Source: Candidatus Cloacimonadales bacterium
GTDB taxonomy: Bacteria > Cloacimonadota > Cloacimonadia > Cloacimonadales > JAFGVF01
Direction of reading: 5' to 3'
NCBI GenBank assembly: GCA_963667035.1
Contig: OY762964.1
Coordinates: 1,184,001-1,248,000 of the forward strand
DNA length: 64,000 nucleotides
Shown here: positions 1 to 10,109 of the stretch, piece by piece
Layout of the letters: the number at the start of each line of letters is the position of its first letter
Numbering within the stretch: the stretch's first letter is position 1
Translations under genes and position numbers: made by a program
Notes under the pieces: model-generated
The model's database searches: none
The model's input: only the letters and a program-made list of their open reading frames with translations
What the model was told of the DNA's origin: nothing

Positions 1-1971
1 TCTACGCAAGATCCATCCTATTACAATTGTAATTACAATGCATTTAGTATCTGGGGATTAGTCGCTGCTTACAGATTGACAAGCGATGCTAAGTACTTGA
101 ATAGTGCCATAAGGATATATGATCACTTATCTGCTTGGCAAGATTCTGAGGGTAGCTGGTATTATGGAACAAATAATCCATATCATGATTCAGCTGCACA
201 CTATATGGGAATAATAATGATTGGTTTATTAGATTTGTATGATGTTATGCCAAGCAGTTTAAATTCTAGAAAAGTAGAGATTATAAAGCAAATTAAGAAA
301 AGTATTAATCAAATTATTGAACCAGTTTATTCTGGTGTGCCTAGATTGATAAGTGATTCTTCTTCTAATAACTATGGTAAAGTTTTACCACACCCATTTG
401 ACACCGAACAATCAAGTCCATATTATGCAAATGAAATGTGTTGGGCATTACACGATATTTTAATGTATTATCATGAAAACAGACTATACTCAGCTTTTAC
501 AACAACTGATATTGAAAGAATTGCCAGGATTTATAAAGTTATGATTTATGGCATTGTTGAATTATTGGAAACCACTTCTGGTGGTTCTATTGTTAAAGAA
601 AGTAATTTAGATGTTATGTTTGTAGCATTAAACAAATATGTGGATTATTGTAATGGGTGGTCAGGTAAGAATTTAAATAATTACTGGGACTATGAAAACA
701 AGAAAAGCAGTTTAATTCTCTATGGCAATAATTATGATAATTATGATAATGATTTAGCCCAGTATTCTGTAGGTAGTAACACTCCTAGAATCACAATTGA
801 TACAACATCTGGTTATGATTTTGATTTAGTTACAACCGGAGATTTTGATAAAGATGGTATTGATGACATCGCTATGTACAGAGATATAGATGATGTACTT
901 TGTGCTTACAATCTTTATTCAACAAATCCAATTCATCAATTTAAGAGATTAGAGAATATTCCTAATGGGATATCGATGATGACTTCTATTGATTGCACAA
1001 GAGATGGATTTAAAGAGATTGTTCTTTATAAGCATTCAACATCGCAGCCAGTCTTTTATATATATGATATTAGCACACAATCTACTTCTTTTTTATCAAG
1101 TAGTACATATTCTTCAGGAGCTCCAATGAATCTAATGACTTCAGGAGATTTCGATAATGATGGTATTGAAGAGATTGCTATGTATAGAGAAACAATAACC
1201 GATAGTAGAATATGTATATATGAAGTTACTTATCCGGCTACTTCTAGCAATTGTATTGAGTTATCTCAGACTTATATCATTGGCTCTGGGAGTCTTGGTT
1301 ATCAAAAGATGACCAGTGGAGCATTCTCAACTTATGATGATATAGATGGACGTGATGAAATAGTTTTCTATAAACCAATTAGTTCTTCAAACAATCATGA
1401 TGTATTTATCTATGATTTAACGAATGTGAATAATGTAACATCTTTCTCAACATTATCAGGCCACGACTTTGATGGTTTGACTTGTTCTGACATTGATGAT
1501 GATTTAGAAGATGAAGTGATAATGTTCAGAGATTTTGATGGTAGAATCTGCTTCTATCAAGCAGATGAAAATGCAAATGGAAATCATTATGACGGATGTG
1601 TTGAATCACAAACAACTACATTCAATGCAATTGCTTCGATTGCTCCGATTCAAACAGCATCAAGTAAAAGCAGTCAGTATGTTAATGAAGCTATTGTAGA
1701 GAACTTGTTATCTGTTTATCCCAATCCTTTTAATCCAAATACAACCATCTCTTTTAATTTGGATAAGTCCCAAGATGTAGATTTATCAGTTTACAATATA
1801 AGAGGACAGAAAGTAACAACTTTAGTAAAGAAGCAACTCTTAGAAGGACACCATACAATAAACTGGAATGGTACAGATTCGGAATCACAAACTGTTTCCA
1901 GTGGAGTATATTTCTTCAAGCTAGAGACCGATGGACATAAAGAGATTACTAAAGGATTGTTACTAAAGTAA
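1..1971 (+). CDS. Secreted protein, 5'-truncated: helical (alpha/alpha-barrel-like) region, FG-GAP/VCBS-like repeats, FlgD-Ig/T9SS-like C-terminal domain
   Basis: Frame is open from base 1 (STQDPSYYNCNYNAFSIWGLVAAYRLTSD...), so the true start lies upstream of the window. Repeated GDFDxDGxDDI motifs; C-terminus YPNPFNP...GVYFFKL...LLLK. Confidence 0.8.
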   Translation, partial: STQDPSYYNCNYNAFSIWGLVAAYRLTSDAKYLNSAIRIYDHLSAWQDSEGSWYYGTNNPYHDSAAHYMGIIMIGLLDLYDVMPSSLNSRKVEIIKQIKKSINQIIEPVYSGVPRLISDSSSNNYGKVLPHPFDTEQSSPYYANEMCWALHDILMYYHENRLYSAFTTTDIERIARIYKVMIYGIVELLETTSGGSIVKESNLDVMFVALNKYVDYCNGWSGKNLNNYWDYENKKSSLILYGNNYDNYDNDLAQYSVGSNTPRITIDTTSGYDFDLVTTGDFDKDGIDDIAMYRDIDDVLCAYNLYSTNPIHQFKRLENIPNGISMMTSIDCTRDGFKEIVLYKHSTSQPVFYIYDISTQSTSFLSSSTYSSGAPMNLMTSGDFDNDGIEEIAMYRETITDSRICIYEVTYPATSSNCIELSQTYIIGSGSLGYQKMTSGAFSTYDDIDGRDEIVFYKPISSSNNHDVFIYDLTNVNNVTSFSTLSGHDFDGLTCSDIDDDLEDEVIMFRDFDGRICFYQADENANGNHYDGCVESQTTTFNAIASIAPIQTASSKSSQYVNEAIVENLLSVYPNPFNPNTTISFNLDKSQDVDLSVYNIRGQKVTTLVKKQLLEGHHTINWNGTDSESQTVSSGVYFFKLETDGHKEITKGLLLK

Positions 1972-1989
1972 TAGTGGTAAATATTAAAG

Positions 1990-2013
1990 AGGGTACTCTG
2001 TTCAGAGTACCCT
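1990..2013. repeat. Hairpin target site, left copy of the 24-bp duplication flanking IS copy 1
   Basis: AGGGTACTCTG-TT-CAGAGTACCCT is a perfect palindrome just after the stop codon; identical copy at 3677-3700. Confidence 0.9.
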
Positions 2014-2077
2014 CAGATTGTTGACAAAAACATTCTAATTTACATGGATATATTGTTGAAAGTCATTTTTCTTCATT

Positions 2078-3550
2078 TTAACTGAGCCCAAACCTAAACA
2101 TGCGAGATTTAGCTCTATTTTCGTGTAAATTGGAGTTGAAAATCATGTAATTGATGATAAATTTTGCTATTAATTTCCCTAATTTACCTTTGAAAAGGTA
2201 TTTTACGAGTTTCTTGATATTTTGCACGATAGCTGTTAGATAAGCTTGTTCTCGAACTCGCTCTATTCCTCGATATTTTGCATATCGGTAGCCATGAAGT
2301 TGCTTTGCATTGGCAAAGCTTCTCTCAATGGTTTCTTTTCTCCTCTTGTATATCTCTTTCCCACATAATGTTAACCTATTCTTGTGGATTATCTCTTTGC
2401 TCTCTTCCCAGACATGACGAGTGATTACTTTTTGAGAAGACTTACTTTCTGTACATTTACTTAGCATTGGACAATTCTTGCATTCACTAGGATTCGACTT
2501 GTATTCTTTATAGCCATCACGGCTCGTTGTTCTATAATTTAACTCTTTATTACATGGACATATGTAAACATCCTTCCGGGAATTATATGTAAATTTGTTC
2601 TTTTTAAATAGACCTTTCTTACCTCCCTGTCTTTTGTAGCCAAGGACTCCCATAATATTCATATCTACCAGTTGCTTACAAATGTTAATTGTATCATATC
2701 CTGAATCAAGCCCTACTGCCTGAACATTAAAACCATAAACCTTTTGTTGGAACTGTAACCTGTCAATATAGCAGGTGCTATCATTTACATTGCCGGGAGT
2801 AATGTGAACATCGGTTATATAGTTCGTTTTATGGTCGACTGTCCTATGATCTAAGTAGAAGAAGCCTTGAGGCTTTCTATCACGGGTCATAAAGCCACTA
2901 TCGGGATCTGTTGTGCTAGACTTGATATTTTTTACTTTAGGTGATGCTCCTCCTTTAAGATTGTTATCCTTAGGAGGTAAAGGTTTCTTACCATGAGCCT
3001 TCCGATCTTCATCAACGCTTGTGTTAAGATCTTCCAAGTAACTCTTGGAGGATACCTCAACTTCAATATCCTCGAATTTACCTTTATTAGCATTTGCCTT
3101 TAGATGGGTTGAGTCGCTATAAAGTATCTTTCCATCAACTAATCCATGTTTAATGCCTAACTTCACTATATCTATAAAAATCTCTTCGAATACGCTGCTA
3201 TCATTAAATCGCCTTCTACGATTTTGACTGAAGACTGAGTGATGAGGTACTTTATCAGTTAGTCCAAAGCCTAAGAACCAACGATAAGCCACATTGACCT
3301 CTATCTCTTTGACCAATTGTCTTTCCGAGCGAATACTGAATAGATAGCCAATAAAAAGCATTTTGAAAAGAGTAATAGGATGAATTGGAGGACGACCGGT
3401 AGTAGAACAATACAAATGCGCTGTTCTATCTAAAATGAATGAAAAATCTATTACGCTATCGATTTTCCTTAGTATGTGATCTACCGGTACTAAATCATCT
3501 ATTATTACAAATTCCATTTGGGACTGTGTGTCAGAAACTTTTTTAAGCAT
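2078..3550 (-). CDS. IS1182-family DDE transposase
   Basis: N-terminal GRPPIHP/SERQL/PHHSVFS motifs, DSTHLKANA, TDPDS, DSGY, Cys-rich insert and YKRRKETIERSFA. ATG at 3550 follows GAGGTGG RBS; the ORF track uses GTG 3556. Confidence 0.92.
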   Translation of the reverse strand: MLKKVSDTQSQMEFVIIDDLVPVDHILRKIDSVIDFSFILDRTAHLYCSTTGRPPIHPITLFKMLFIGYLFSIRSERQLVKEIEVNVAYRWFLGFGLTDKVPHHSVFSQNRRRRFNDSSVFEEIFIDIVKLGIKHGLVDGKILYSDSTHLKANANKGKFEDIEVEVSSKSYLEDLNTSVDEDRKAHGKKPLPPKDNNLKGGASPKVKNIKSSTTDPDSGFMTRDRKPQGFFYLDHRTVDHKTNYITDVHITPGNVNDSTCYIDRLQFQQKVYGFNVQAVGLDSGYDTINICKQLVDMNIMGVLGYKRQGGKKGLFKKNKFTYNSRKDVYICPCNKELNYRTTSRDGYKEYKSNPSECKNCPMLSKCTESKSSQKVITRHVWEESKEIIHKNRLTLCGKEIYKRRKETIERSFANAKQLHGYRYAKYRGIERVREQAYLTAIVQNIKKLVKYLFKGKLGKLIAKFIINYMIFNSNLHENRAKSRMFRFGLS

Positions 3551-3575
3551 AACCACCTCTAATTATGATGGTTTA

Positions 3576-3602
3576 AGTATAAACTAAGGGGGTTTTTGTC
3601 AA
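3576..3602 (-). promoter_or_regulatory. Probable transposase promoter TTGACA-N15-TATACT
   Basis: Both hexamers are conserved in both IS copies ~25 nt upstream of the ATG; the 15-nt spacer is shorter than canonical. Confidence 0.55.
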
Positions 3603-3676
3603 TGATTGATGTTCTTATTTTAAGCTAAAAAAAGACAAAGCCATGAAATCTTACTCATAGCTTTGTCAACAGTCTG

Positions 3677-3700
3677 AGGGTACTCTGTTCAGAGTACCCT
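3677..3700. repeat. Right copy of the duplicated hairpin target; probable original terminator
   Basis: Identical to 1990-2013 and followed by TT. Confidence 0.9.
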
Positions 3701-3958
3701 TTAACTATTAATTCATTCTTACAGGAAACTATTCTGATTGTCTGACAAAAATTCATCGTACTCATTTTTCATATATTCGCCAAATACAAATGCAATGTTT
3801 TAACATCTAATATTTATTGAGCTATACCTTACTTTGTAAATATAATTTAGTGAAGGAGTATGGTAGTAAAAACACTTAAGAATCTTGTTTTACAGGTGTT
3901 TATTGTTGTATATTATAATATAATTCTAGTAGCCCTGTATAAGCAATAGTCTATTAAG

Positions 3959-4055
3959 CAATGGATTACCAACGGATAACCAATGGACCTCCAACGCCCA
4001 ACCAACGGCTTCCGTTGTTAGAGCATTGGTAATCTATGGGAAAAGTGTTGGTAAG
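3959..4055. repeat. 11-nt-period direct plus inverted repeat array (core CAAYGG)
   Basis: CAATGG 3959, CAACGG 3970, CAATGG 3981, CAACGC 3992, CAACGG 4003; then inverted CCGTTG 4012, GCATTG 4023, CTATGG 4034, GTGTTG 4045. Confidence 0.85.
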
Positions 4056-4200
4056 TATTACACTCGTCTCAGGATGTCCTTTGAGTGAATATGCAAGGAT
4101 GAATTTGTATTATAGATAAAAGGACTATTAGTAATAGCAAAATTAGGTATAACTAACTTCAAACAATCATAATTAGCGAGACAAAAAGATAGGAAAAAGC

Positions 4201-4235
4201 TTGACATTGGACACTAGAGTAATATGTGGATATTA
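4201..4235 (+). promoter_or_regulatory. Putative promoter of ferredoxin gene
   Basis: TTGACA at 4201, ~55 nt upstream of AGGAGG RBS and ATG; -10 element not clear. Confidence 0.4.
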
Positions 4236-4258
4236 GTCAATAAATACAGGAGGAACAA

Positions 4259-4429
4259 ATGGCTGTTAAGATTAGTAAAGAAACATGTATCGGTTGCTCA
4301 GCATGTGTTGACACATGTCCTGTTGCTGCCCTTTCAATGGAAAATGACAAAGCTGTTGTAAACGAAGAAACTTGTATCGATTGCGGTGCTTGCGTTTCAG
4401 CTTGCCCTGTTAGTGCTATCGAATTATAA
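4259..4429 (+). CDS. 2[4Fe-4S] ferredoxin, 56 aa (absent from ORF track)
   Basis: MAVKISKETCIGCSACVDTCPVAALSMENDKAVVNEETCIDCGACVSACPVSAIEL has two CxxCxxCxxxCP motifs; AGGAGG RBS. Confidence 0.95.
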   Translation: MAVKISKETCIGCSACVDTCPVAALSMENDKAVVNEETCIDCGACVSACPVSAIEL

Positions 4430-4452
4430 GCGAATCTAGTTTTAGATTTAGT

Positions 4453-4481
4453 AAGGCTATTGAGTAATCACTAGCCTTTTT
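4453..4481 (+). terminator. Intrinsic terminator between convergent ferredoxin and mnmE
   Basis: AAGGCTA-t-TGA gtaa TCA-c-TAGCCTT followed by a T run. Confidence 0.65.
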
Positions 4482-5822
4482 CTATTTACCGATACAGAAG
4501 TCATCGAAGATTCTGTTTAATAAATCATCAGTTGTTACCTTACCGGTAACTTCTTCCAAATGCTGTGATGCTTCTTTTAAGTCGAAAGCTGTGAATTCAT
4601 AACCTAGTTGTAAATCTATTGATTCAATTGCCTTCTCTAGAGATTCAATAGCATGCAAAACAGCATTAACTTGACGACGATTTGTTAATAATACAGAGTC
4701 ATTTTCAGCAATACTTAAATGACTTAACAATTCTTTCTCTAGAAGTTTAATTCCATCTGATGATAGTGCTGAACACGGGATATAATCCTTGAAACAACTC
4801 AAGTCAGTGCTTTGTGGATTATCGACTTTATTAATAACTTTGATTATCTTATCTTTCGGAATACCTTTAAGGTAATCATCTACATTCGTGTCCTGTTGAG
4901 TAAAATCATGAACATAAACAACTTTATCGGCTTTACTTATTATATCTAGAGACCTTTGAATTCCTAATCTTTCTATGTCATCGTGAGTTTCACGAATACC
5001 GGCAGTATCAAAGAACTTAACAAGATAGCCATTTATGGAAACAACTTCTTCAAGATAATCTCTTGTTGTTCCGGGAGTAGGAGTCACAATTGCTCTTTCA
5101 CATGCGAGAAATTGATTAAATATGCTAGATTTACCTGCATTAGGAGCTCCAACTAAACATACTTTTAGACCTTCTCTCAATATTCTGCCATTCTCTCCGG
5201 TACTTGCAAGTTTGCGTAACTCTGAAACAAAGTTCACAAAATTGCTTCGTAACTCAAGCATATCTATTTCCGGATTATCATCTTCAAGAAAATCTATTTC
5301 TAGTTCAACCTGCATTCTGTAATGAATTAGCTTTTCAAGCAATTCTTCTATTTTGTAAAAGAGTGAACCTTCCAGTTGCTTCAATGCAAGATTATGTGAT
5401 TTAACTGTTCTGCTGTTTATTAAATCATTAACAGCTTCTGCCTGGGTTAAATCGAGTTTATTGTTTAAATATGCTCTTAAAGTGAACTCTCCGGGATTTG
5501 CTAATCTAATCACAGAAAGTAATGCTTGTAAGATTCTGTCAGCAATAAACTGAGAGCCATGACAACTTATCTCCACTACATCTTCACCAGTATAGCTATG
5601 AGGAGCTTTAAATACAGAGCAAAGTACTTGATCCAGTACTTCGTCATTGTAAATAAAATTACATAGAGTTATAGAATTTGCTTGTTTCTTGGACAGGTTT
5701 TTGGTAACAAATCTATCAACAATACTGATACAATTTGCCCCGCTGACTCTTAGGATATGTATTCCACCGGTTCCAGGGGGAGTTGCAATTGCAACAATTG
5801 GTTCATCTATAAAGCGGGACAT
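4482..5822 (-). CDS. mnmE: tRNA modification GTPase MnmE (TrmE)
   Basis: AIATPPG, SYTGEDVVEISCHG, GAPNAGKSS, PGTTRD, DTAGIR and C-terminal FCIGK. Confidence 0.97.
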   Translation of the reverse strand: MSRFIDEPIVAIATPPGTGGIHILRVSGANCISIVDRFVTKNLSKKQANSITLCNFIYNDEVLDQVLCSVFKAPHSYTGEDVVEISCHGSQFIADRILQALLSVIRLANPGEFTLRAYLNNKLDLTQAEAVNDLINSRTVKSHNLALKQLEGSLFYKIEELLEKLIHYRMQVELEIDFLEDDNPEIDMLELRSNFVNFVSELRKLASTGENGRILREGLKVCLVGAPNAGKSSIFNQFLACERAIVTPTPGTTRDYLEEVVSINGYLVKFFDTAGIRETHDDIERLGIQRSLDIISKADKVVYVHDFTQQDTNVDDYLKGIPKDKIIKVINKVDNPQSTDLSCFKDYIPCSALSSDGIKLLEKELLSHLSIAENDSVLLTNRRQVNAVLHAIESLEKAIESIDLQLGYEFTAFDLKEASQHLEEVTGKVTTDDLLNRIFDDFCIGK

Positions 5823-5825
5823 AAA

Positions 5826-6116
5826 TCAGATGTTGATTTTTCTCTTTTCAGGATCGGGATGTTGACGATAAATGATAGCGATAAACCCTATTATTCCAAT
5901 ATTAGCACATTCGAGCTTATTGCAAATATCTTCAACTATTTCCTTTTTCTGGTCCTTAAAATCCTGAAACTTAATTTTCAACAATTCGTGATTGTTTAAT
6001 TCTCTATCTATCAAGGCTAAAATTTCATCATTATAACCCTTTTGTCCTATGTATACTATAGGCTTCATAGGATTAGCTATGCTTCTAAGTCGCATGATCT
6101 TTTGTTTTGTTAACAT
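5826..6116 (-). CDS. yhbY: YhbY/CRM-domain RNA-binding protein
   Basis: LRSIANPMKPIVYIGQKG, HELLKIK, IG...IIYR; 96 aa. Confidence 0.9.
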   Translation of the reverse strand: MLTKQKIMRLRSIANPMKPIVYIGQKGYNDEILALIDRELNNHELLKIKFQDFKDQKKEIVEDICNKLECANIGIIGFIAIIYRQHPDPEKRKINI

Positions 6117-7973
6117 CTATTTCTCCGATAATATCTTTTTGTTATGCAAATCTTTTAATATTAGTTCAGGTGTCAATCCAATCTCTTTCATGAGTAAATC
6201 CGTGTTCCCATGAGCAATAAATCTATCCGGTATACCATAGCTAACAACAATACAATCGCTTAATTGTATCGTATCTCTTACTATAGATCCGAAACCGCCT
6301 TTTAGAGCGTTTGTCTCAATTGTGATAATATACTCATGTTGCTCTGCAATGCTAGAATAAAAGGTATCGTCTATGGGTTTAATAAAACGAGCATCTATCA
6401 AAGTTAAATCCTGATTGGATAACTCAATAACTCTACTGCCAATATTGAATCCTTCTCCTATTCCTATTACAGCAACTTTTTTACCCTTCTTAACCTGCAC
6501 AGGTTTACCTAATTCGATATCAGAATCATGGTTATGGGTATTAGCCTTACCTCTGGGATATCTTATGGCAATTGGACCGTCCATGTGACTATGGCTGAAA
6601 TCCAGCATTTTCTCTAACTCGGAAGAACTTGAAGGAGCCATAAATATTAGATCAGGTACTGAAGCAAAGAGAGAAATATCAAAGACTCCGTGATGAGTGG
6701 CACCATCCTCTCCGACTAATCCAGCTCTGTCCATACAAAGAACAACAGGTAGATTTTGTAAAGCAACGTCATGAATGACTTGATCAACAGCTCTTTGCAT
6801 AAAAGTAGAGTATATTGCAACATAAGGTTTTAGTCCTTTAGTTGCAAGTCCGGCAGCAAAAGTAATAGCATGTTGTTCTGCAATGCCTACATCAAAGAAA
6901 CGGTTAGGGTATTTGGTTGAAAACTCAAGAAGCCCTGTTCCTGATGCCATTGCAGCTGTTATTGCTATAACTCTATTATCTGCTTCAGCTAAATTGCATA
7001 ATTTAGAACCGAAATAATCCGACCAGGATGTTTTACCATTCTTAGGTTTTACGCCTGTCTCCTTGCAATAAGGTCCTACTCCATGATATTTATCAGGATG
7101 TTGCTCCGCTAAAGCGAAACCCTTTCCTTTCTTTGTAACTATATGTAAGAATACCGGTCCATCCATGTGAGTCATAATGTTTCGGAAGATCTTAACTAAA
7201 TGCTTAATATCGTTTCCATCAACCGGACCAATATATTTATATCCTAAATCCTCAAAGATGATATTAGGAGCCAATAAGTTAATAACCCCCTCTTCAAGCT
7301 TTCTTGAACCTTTAATAATCCTATACTTAAATCTGTCAGGCATAGATTCTGTAATACTCCATACCTTTCTTTTCAACTTGTTATATGATTTGCTAACAAG
7401 GAAATCGGACATGTAGCGTTGGAGTCCACCAACATTACGAGAAATAGACATCTCGTTATCATTAAGGATAACGAGCAGTTTATTCAATTTGCTATCGCCT
7501 CCGTGATTAAGGGCTTCAAATGACATTCCGCCTGTTAAGGCACCATCTCCAATGATAGCAATACTGAATCCTTTCTCATTCAGTAATTTCTTTGCATAAG
7601 CTATACCTAGAGCAGCTGAAATTGAGGTACTGCTATGTCCTACACCAAAGGCATCGTACTCACTTTCACTTATCTTGTTGAATCCACTTAACCCTTTGTA
7701 CTGTCTCAGACTATCAAAATCATCATTTCGACCGGTAAGAATCTTATAAGCATAACTTTGATGTCCTACATCCCAGACAATTGAATCAGTTGGTGGATTA
7801 AATACTTTGAGGAGAGCTATTGCCAAATCACAAGCTCCAAGACTTGGAGCAACATGACCTCCGGTTTTACATGTAACATCTATTATTCGCTTCCTAATCT
7901 CAAAACTCAGTTCCTGTAGTTCCTTGATAGTCAGCTTTTTTATATCTCCGGGTTTATCTATATTCTCGAGCAT
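6117..7973 (-). CDS. dxs: 1-deoxy-D-xylulose-5-phosphate synthase
   Basis: GGHVAPSLG, WDVGHQSY, GHSSTSIS, GDGALTGG, DVGIAEQHA, DRAGLVGEDGATHHG. Confidence 0.97.
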   Translation of the reverse strand: MLENIDKPGDIKKLTIKELQELSFEIRKRIIDVTCKTGGHVAPSLGACDLAIALLKVFNPPTDSIVWDVGHQSYAYKILTGRNDDFDSLRQYKGLSGFNKISESEYDAFGVGHSSTSISAALGIAYAKKLLNEKGFSIAIIGDGALTGGMSFEALNHGGDSKLNKLLVILNDNEMSISRNVGGLQRYMSDFLVSKSYNKLKRKVWSITESMPDRFKYRIIKGSRKLEEGVINLLAPNIIFEDLGYKYIGPVDGNDIKHLVKIFRNIMTHMDGPVFLHIVTKKGKGFALAEQHPDKYHGVGPYCKETGVKPKNGKTSWSDYFGSKLCNLAEADNRVIAITAAMASGTGLLEFSTKYPNRFFDVGIAEQHAITFAAGLATKGLKPYVAIYSTFMQRAVDQVIHDVALQNLPVVLCMDRAGLVGEDGATHHGVFDISLFASVPDLIFMAPSSSSELEKMLDFSHSHMDGPIAIRYPRGKANTHNHDSDIELGKPVQVKKGKKVAVIGIGEGFNIGSRVIELSNQDLTLIDARFIKPIDDTFYSSIAEQHEYIITIETNALKGGFGSIVRDTIQLSDCIVVSYGIPDRFIAHGNTDLLMKEIGLTPELILKDLHNKKILSEK

Positions 7974-8264
7974 GATACTCCTTTTATCTTCAATAATACA
8001 GTCACACTGTCATATTTAATCTGTCAAGTGTAATCTCAAGCAAGACTATTGCATATACTCTGTTGTTTATTAGTAGTGCTAATAACAAAGGATACATAAA
8101 ACAAATGATTGTTTCCATATCATTTCAACTTGTTTCAATTACTATAAAAGGATAACACATGTAATAGAAGATTGATTTTGTACAAAAACCATTTCACAAT
8201 AATTATAGACATAATATGCGAATTTACTATCCTGTGTTAACAAAGATGATTAATAGGAGGAATT

Positions 8265-9359
8265 ATGCAATATCTACCTGTCGAAACATTATATAACTTT
8301 ATGATTGAAGTGTTTGTAAAGCTCGGAGTTCCTGAAGAAGAAGCAAAAATGTGTGCAGATGTGTTGATTGAATCTGATTTAAGAGGTATAGAATCTCATG
8401 GAATTGGTCGACTCAAGATGTATTACGATAGAATCAAAGCAGGAATTCAGTTTGTTAATACAAAGATAGATGTTGTTAAAAATAAAGCTGCTACTGCTGT
8501 GTGGGATGGTAATCACGGAATGGGGCATGTTATTGCAACTAAAGCGATGCAAGAAGCAATTAATAAGGCAAAGCAATATGGAATAGGATGTGTCACGGTA
8601 CGTAATTCTACTCATTATGGTATTTGCGGTTATTATGCATCAATGGCGATTGAGAATAATATGATTGGTGTTACTTTTACAAATGCCAGACCTTCTATTG
8701 CTCCGACAAATGGGGTAGAGCCAATGCTTGGAACCAATCCTATCTGCTTCGGATGTCCTGCTGATTACGATTTTCCTTTTATCTATGATGCGGCTACATC
8801 AATAAGTCAACGAGGTAAGATCGAAGTGCTAGCAAGAGAAGAAAAGCCAACTCCCGAAGGTTGGGCTATTAATCTGCAGGGAGAGACTCAAACCGACACT
8901 GCTAAACTTCTTGTAGACTTAGTTAAGAAACAAGCTTCAATGTTGCCTATAGGAGGAACTGATGAAGTAACCGGAAGTCATAAGGGTTACGGATTGGGAA
9001 TGATGGTGGAAATACTCAGTGCAGCATTACAGAATGGAAGTTATCTTCAGGGTTTACATGGATGGTCTGAAGATGGAAAAACTCGAGTACCATACAAGCT
9101 TGGTCATTTCTTCTTGGCAATTAACATTGATTTCTTCACAGATATTGATGATTTCAAATCAATTGTTGGAGATATTATGAATCAAATGGTGACTTCCGAT
9201 AAAATACCAGGTAGAGATAGAATTTATGTAGCGGGGGAGAAGGAATACTATAATGCCATAAGAGTAAAAAAAGATGGTGTTCCAATTGTGCCTAATCTTA
9301 AGAAAGATATTGATGTTATGCAAAAAGAACTTAAAATTGATATGATTAAGTTTGATTAA
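8265..9359 (+). CDS. Ldh2/Mdh2-family (ComC/AllD-like) oxidoreductase
   Basis: DLRGIESHG, RNSTHYG, GTNPI, DAATS, HKGYGL, RIYVAGEKE; AGGAGG RBS. Confidence 0.92.
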   Translation: MQYLPVETLYNFMIEVFVKLGVPEEEAKMCADVLIESDLRGIESHGIGRLKMYYDRIKAGIQFVNTKIDVVKNKAATAVWDGNHGMGHVIATKAMQEAINKAKQYGIGCVTVRNSTHYGICGYYASMAIENNMIGVTFTNARPSIAPTNGVEPMLGTNPICFGCPADYDFPFIYDAATSISQRGKIEVLAREEKPTPEGWAINLQGETQTDTAKLLVDLVKKQASMLPIGGTDEVTGSHKGYGLGMMVEILSAALQNGSYLQGLHGWSEDGKTRVPYKLGHFFLAINIDFFTDIDDFKSIVGDIMNQMVTSDKIPGRDRIYVAGEKEYYNAIRVKKDGVPIVPNLKKDIDVMQKELKIDMIKFD

Positions 9360-9362
9360 CAC
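9150..9362 (+). repeat. Direct repeat A: 3' end of the Ldh2-family gene
   Basis: Repeated at 25235-25436. Confidence 0.93.
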
Positions 9363-9429
9363 TTAGAATAATGATTTAATCATAACTACTCGAATAATGG
9401 GTGGTTTTGACCTAGCCTATAAATGTATG

Positions 9430-9463
9430 TTACAGACCAGCGTCTCATAACGCTGGTCTGTAA
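9430..9463. terminator. Perfect 14-bp stem hairpin downstream of the dehydrogenase gene
   Basis: TTACAGACCAGCGT-ctcata-ACGCTGGTCTGTAA; no U-tract, so terminator role is uncertain. Confidence 0.5.
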
Positions 9464-10109
9464 AAGAATTCAAACTACATCGTCTCTATTTCAATCTCTA
9501 ATGGGATTATGTACTACTTGCTACCCTTAGATGAGTCTCATCCTCTTTTTGACTCAACTTGTCTTGTACAATATCTTGATGATAATCAATCGTTAACCTC
9601 ATCTATTACGGCTACTTTTGATTTAATGCTCTCTCTCTTTTCATTTATAAGTCCCGATAATTAATTGTAACACATATAAATAAATCGTTGAAATAAAGTG
9701 AATGTATTCAAAAAATTCATAATTGTTTCCATCCTCTATCAACGCTGTATCATAATAATTGAATTTCAACAATCTTATTTTTGAGAGTCTCTTGACTCAC
9801 CCCTGTCTCGGGAGATTGGTGAGTCATCAGTTTCGGAGAGGGATAAGATATATTTTTTTACTTTATTGTGATAGTTCATTGAAACCGCTCAGAATGCCCA
9901 TGCAATTCCATTTATATCATTTTTAAACTAAAACATTCTTATGAATAATGCAAAAATAATCCAATTTAGCCAAAAGCGTAAGCTACGTATAGTAGAAGGA
10001 TGAAAAATAATTGTTAAACTAAGTATGATGAACCCCTCATCGGTTCTCATCAATATTCGAACCACTTCTCCCCATAAGGGCGAAGATAATGAAAGATTGG
10101 AGAATAAAA

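Larger units (their letters stand above)
2014..3676 (-). mobile_element. IS1182-family insertion sequence, copy 1 (intact, 1663 bp)
   Basis: Terminal IRs CAGATTGTTGACAAA (2014-2028) and TTTGTCAACAGTCTG (3662-3676) match 14/15; flanking direct repeat; near-identical copy at 51903-53554. IR/DR boundary is ambiguous by 2 bp. Confidence 0.92.
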
